From Nemertoderma westbladi (Eukaryota > Animalia > Xenacoelomorpha): a stretch of DNA of 37,588 nt. A model generated the notes under the pieces. That model made no database searches, had not been told where the DNA came from, and saw only the letters and a list, made by a program, of their open reading frames with translations. Positions 33,301-37,588 of this stretch are shown here, piece after piece. Position 1 is the first letter of the stretch. Each line of letters opens with the position of its first letter. Location: NCBI GenBank assembly GCA_032718475.1, contig JAUCBJ010004692.1, positions 1-37,588 on the forward strand. The letters are read 5' to 3'. A program made the position numbers and the translations under genes.

Positions 33301-36300
33301 TATCTATGAGTAGCACTGGTTGCAGTCTATCTATGAGTAGCACTGGTTGCAGTCTATCTATGAGTAGCACTGGTTGCAGTCTATCTATGAGTAGCACTGG
33401 TTGCAGTCTATCTATGAGTAGCACTGGTTGCAGTCTATCTATGAGTAGCACTGGTTGCAGTCTATCTATGAGTAGCACTGGTTGCAGTCTATCTATGAGT
33501 AGCACTGGTTGCAGTCTATCTATGAGTAGCACTGGTTGCAGTCTATCTATGAGTAGCACTGGTTGCAGTCTATCTATGAGTAGCACTGGTTGCAGTCTAT
33601 CTATGAGTAGCACTGGTTGCAGTCTATCTATGAGTAGCACTGGTTGCAGTCTATCTATGAGTAGCACTGGTTGCAGTCTATCTATGAGTAGCACTGGTTG
33701 CAGTCTATCTATGAGTAGCACTGGTTGCAGTCTATCTATGAGTAGCACTGGTTGCAGTCTATCTATGAGTAGCACTGGTTGCAGTCTATCTATGAGTAGC
33801 ACTGGTTGCAGTCTATCTATGAGTAGCACTGGTTGCAGTCTATCTATGAGTAGCACTGGTTGCAGTCTATCTATGAGTAGCACTGGTTGCAGTCTATCTA
33901 TGAGTAGCACTGGTTGCAGTCTATCTATGAGTAGCACTGGTTGCAGTCTATCTATGAGTAGCACTGGTTGCAGTCTATCTATGAGTAGCACTGGTTGCAG
34001 TCTATCTATGAGTAGCACTGGTTGCAGTCTATCTATGAGTAGCACTGGTTGCAGTCTATCTATGAGTAGCACTGGTTGCAGTCTATCTATGAGTAGCACT
34101 GGTTGCAGTCTATCTATGAGTAGCACTGGTTGCAGTCTATCTATGAGTAGCACTGGTTGCAGTCTATCTATGAGTAGCACTGGTTGCAGTCTATCTATGA
34201 GTAGCACTGGTTGCAGTCTATCTATGAGTAGCACTGGTTGCAGTCTATCTATGAGTAGCACTGGTTGCAGTCTATCTATGAGTAGCACTGGTTGCAGTCT
34301 ATCTATGAGTAGCACTGGTTGCAGTCTATCTATGAGTAGCACTGGTTGCAGTCTATCTATGAGTAGCACTGGTTGCAGTCTATCTATGAGTAGCACTGGT
34401 TGCAGTCTATCTATGAGTAGCACTGGTTGCAGTCTATCTATGAGTAGCACTGGTTGCAGTCTATCTATGAGTAGCACTGGTTGCAGTCTATCTATGAGTA
34501 GCACTGGTTGCAGTCTATCTATGAGTAGCACTGGTTGCAGTCTATCTATGAGTAGCACTGGTTGCAGTCTATCTATGAGTAGCACTGGTTGCAGTCTATC
34601 TATGAGTAGCACTGGTTGCAGTCTATCTATGAGTAGCACTGGTTGCAGTCTATCTATGAGTAGCACTGGTTGCAGTCTATCTATGAGTAGCACTGGTTGC
34701 AGTCTATCTATGAGTAGCACTGGTTGCAGTCTATCTATGAGTAGCACTGGTTGCAGTCTATCTATGAGTAGCACTGGTTGCAGTCTATCTATGAGTAGCA
34801 CTGGTTGCAGTCTATCTATGAGTAGCACTGGTTGCAGTCTATCTATGAGTAGCACTGGTTGCAGTCTATCTATGAGTAGCACTGGTTGCAGTCTATCTAT
34901 GAGTAGCACTGGTTGCAGTCTATCTATGAGTAGCACTGGTTGCAGTCTATCTATGAGTAGCACTGGTTGCAGTCTATCTATGAGTAGCACTGGTTGCAGT
35001 CTATCTATGAGTAGCACTGGTTGCAGTCTATCTATGAGTAGCACTGGTTGCAGTCTATCTATGAGTAGCACTGGTTGCAGTCTATCTATGAGTAGCACTG
35101 GTTGCAGTCTATCTATGAGTAGCACTGGTTGCAGTCTATCTATGAGTAGCACTGGTTGCAGTCTATCTATGAGTAGCACTGGTTGCAGTCTATCTATGAG
35201 TAGCACTGGTTGCAGTCTATCTATGAGTAGCACTGGTTGCAGTCTATCTATGAGTAGCACTGGTTGCAGTCTATCTATGAGTAGCACTGGTTGCAGTCTA
35301 TCTATGAGTAGCACTGGTTGCAGTCTATCTATGAGTAGCACTGGTTGCAGTCTATCTATGAGTAGCACTGGTTGCAGTCTATCTATGAGTAGCACTGGTT
35401 GCAGTCTATCTATGAGTAGCACTGGTTGCAGTCTATCTATGAGTAGCACTGGTTGCAGTCTATCTATGAGTAGCACTGGTTGCAGTCTATCTATGAGTAG
35501 CACTGGTTGCAGTCTATCTATGAGTAGCACTGGTTGCAGTCTATCTATGAGTAGCACTGGTTGCAGTCTATCTATGAGTAGCACTGGTTGCAGTCTATCT
35601 ATGAGTAGCACTGGTTGCAGTCTATCTATGAGTAGCACTGGTTGCAGTCTATCTATGAGTAGCACTGGTTGCAGTCTATCTATGAGTAGCACTGGTTGCA
35701 GTCTATCTATGAGTAGCACTGGTTGCAGTCTATCTATGAGTAGCACTGGTTGCAGTCTATCTATGAGTAGCACTGGTTGCAGTCTATCTATGAGTAGCAC
35801 TGGTTGCAGTCTATCTATGAGTAGCACTGGTTGCAGTCTATCTATGAGTAGCACTGGTTGCAGTCTATCTATGAGTAGCACTGGTTGCAGTCTATCTATG
35901 AGTAGCACTGGTTGCAGTCTATCTATGAGTAGCACTGGTTGCAGTCTATCTATGAGTAGCACTGGTTGCAGTCTATCTATGAGTAGCACTGGTTGCAGTC
36001 TATCTATGAGTAGCACTGGTTGCAGTCTATCTATGAGTAGCACTGGTTGCAGTCTATCTATGAGTAGCACTGGTTGCAGTCTATCTATGAGTAGCACTGG
36101 TTGCAGTCTATCTATGAGTAGCACTGGTTGCAGTCTATCTATGAGTAGCACTGGTTGCAGTCTATCTATGAGTAGCACTGGTTGCAGTCTATCTATGAGT
36201 AGCACTGGTTGCAGTCTATCTATGAGTAGCACTGGTTGCAGTCTATCTATGAGTAGCACTGGTTGCAGTCTATCTATGAGTAGCACTGGTTGCAGTCTAT

Positions 36301-37588
36301 CTATGAGTAGCACTGGTTGCAGTCTATCTATGAGTAGCACTGGTTGCAGTCTATCTATGAGTAGCACTGGTTGCAGTCTATCTATGAGTAGCACTGGTTG
36401 CAGTCTATCTATGAGTAGCACTGGTTGCAGTCTATCTATGAGTAGCACTGGTTGCAGTCTATCTATGAGTAGCACTGGTTGCAGTCTATCTATGAGTAGC
36501 ACTGGTTGCAGTCTATCTATGAGTAGCACTGGTTGCAGTCTATCTATGAGTAGCACTGGTTGCAGTCTATCTATGAGTAGCACTGGTTGCAGTCTATCTA
36601 TGAGTAGCACTGGTTGCAGTCTATCTATGAGTAGCACTGGTTGCAGTCTATCTATGAGTAGCACTGGTTGCAGTCTATCTATGAGTAGCACTGGTTGCAG
36701 TCTATCTATGAGTAGCACTGGTTGCAGTCTATCTATGAGTAGCACTGGTTGCAGTCTATCTATGAGTAGCACTGGTTGCAGTCTATCTATGAGTAGCACT
36801 GGTTGCAGTCTATCTATGAGTAGCACTGGTTGCAGTCTATCTATGAGTAGCACTGGTTGCAGTCTATCTATGAGTAGCACTGGTTGCAGTCTATCTATGA
36901 GTAGCACTGGTTGCAGTCTATCTATGAGTAGCACTGGTTGCAGTCTATCTATGAGTAGCACTGGTTGCAGTCTATCTATGAGTAGCACTGGTTGCAGTCT
37001 ATCTATGAGTAGCACTGGTTGCAGTCTATCTATGAGTAGCACTGGTTGCAGTCTATCTATGAGTAGCACTGGTTGCAGTCTATCTATGAGTAGCACTGGT
37101 TGCAGTCTATCTATGAGTAGCACTGGTTGCAGTCTATCTATGAGTAGCACTGGTTGCAGTCTATCTATGAGTAGCACTGGTTGCAGTCTATCTATGAGTA
37201 GCACTGGTTGCAGTCTATCTATGAGTAGCACTGGTTGCAGTCTATCTATGAGTAGCACTGGTTGCAGTCTATCTATGAGTAGCACTGGTTGCAGTCTATC
37301 TATGAGTAGCACTGGTTGCAGTCTATCTATGAGTAGCACTGGTTGCAGTCTATCTATGAGTAGCACTGGTTGCAGTCTATCTATGAGTAGCACTGGTTGC
37401 AGTCTATCTATGAGTAGCACTGGTTGCAGTCTATCTATGAGTAGCACTGGTTGCAGTCTATCTATGAGTAGCACTGGTTGCAGTCTATCTATGAGTAGCA
37501 CTGGTTGCAGTCTATCTATGAGTAGCACTGGTTGCAGTCTATCTATGAGTAGCACTGGTTGCAGTCTATCTATGAGTAGCACTGGTTG
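30365..37588. repeat. 27-bp satellite array, ~267 copies, runs off the window end
   Basis: Unit ATGAGTAGCACTGGTTGCAGTCTATCT. Variants seen only at ~30508, ~30705, ~30881 (26-bp unit) and ~31310. Confidence 0.99.

Noticed and set aside
30339-37582. 2235-aa and related ORFs (LLIDRLQPV)n / (MSSTGCSLS)n
   Set aside because: Artefact of a 27-bp unit (multiple of 3) lacking stops. There is almost no synonymous variation and no unique domains, and a 1-bp deletion near 30881 breaks the frame.

Overview
Repeat-rich eukaryotic DNA, most likely from an invertebrate animal. There are no prokaryotic operons or CRISPR arrays. Two intact, intronless + strand E3-ligase genes are present: a TRIM/RBCC gene (11687-13945) and an RNF26-like membrane RING gene (~26050-27603). 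Nearly everything else is transposon-derived or tandem repeat. (1) A BEL/Pao-derived non-autonomous LTR element (~1-8006) has a long Gag-to-integrase-C-terminus ORF broken only at poly-G tracts, then a purine-rich repeat block, a hairpin, a PPT and a 3' LTR. (2) LINE ORF1 fragments. (3) A complete non-autonomous hAT element with TIRs and an 8-bp TSD lies just downstream of the TRIM gene and carries a nested Harbinger MITE and a tRNA-SINE. (4) An RTE LINE fragment is sandwiched between a 33-bp and a 49-bp tandem array. (5) A hAT/Tip100-like left arm holds three nested TIR elements plus a CRE-type LINE end and a SINE. (6) A second RTE copy and a Penelope GIY-YIG remnant. (7) A near-perfect 27-bp tandem array of more than 7 kb runs off the end of the window, with variants only at its proximal edge. 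All family assignments come from motif recognition by eye; no database search was run.
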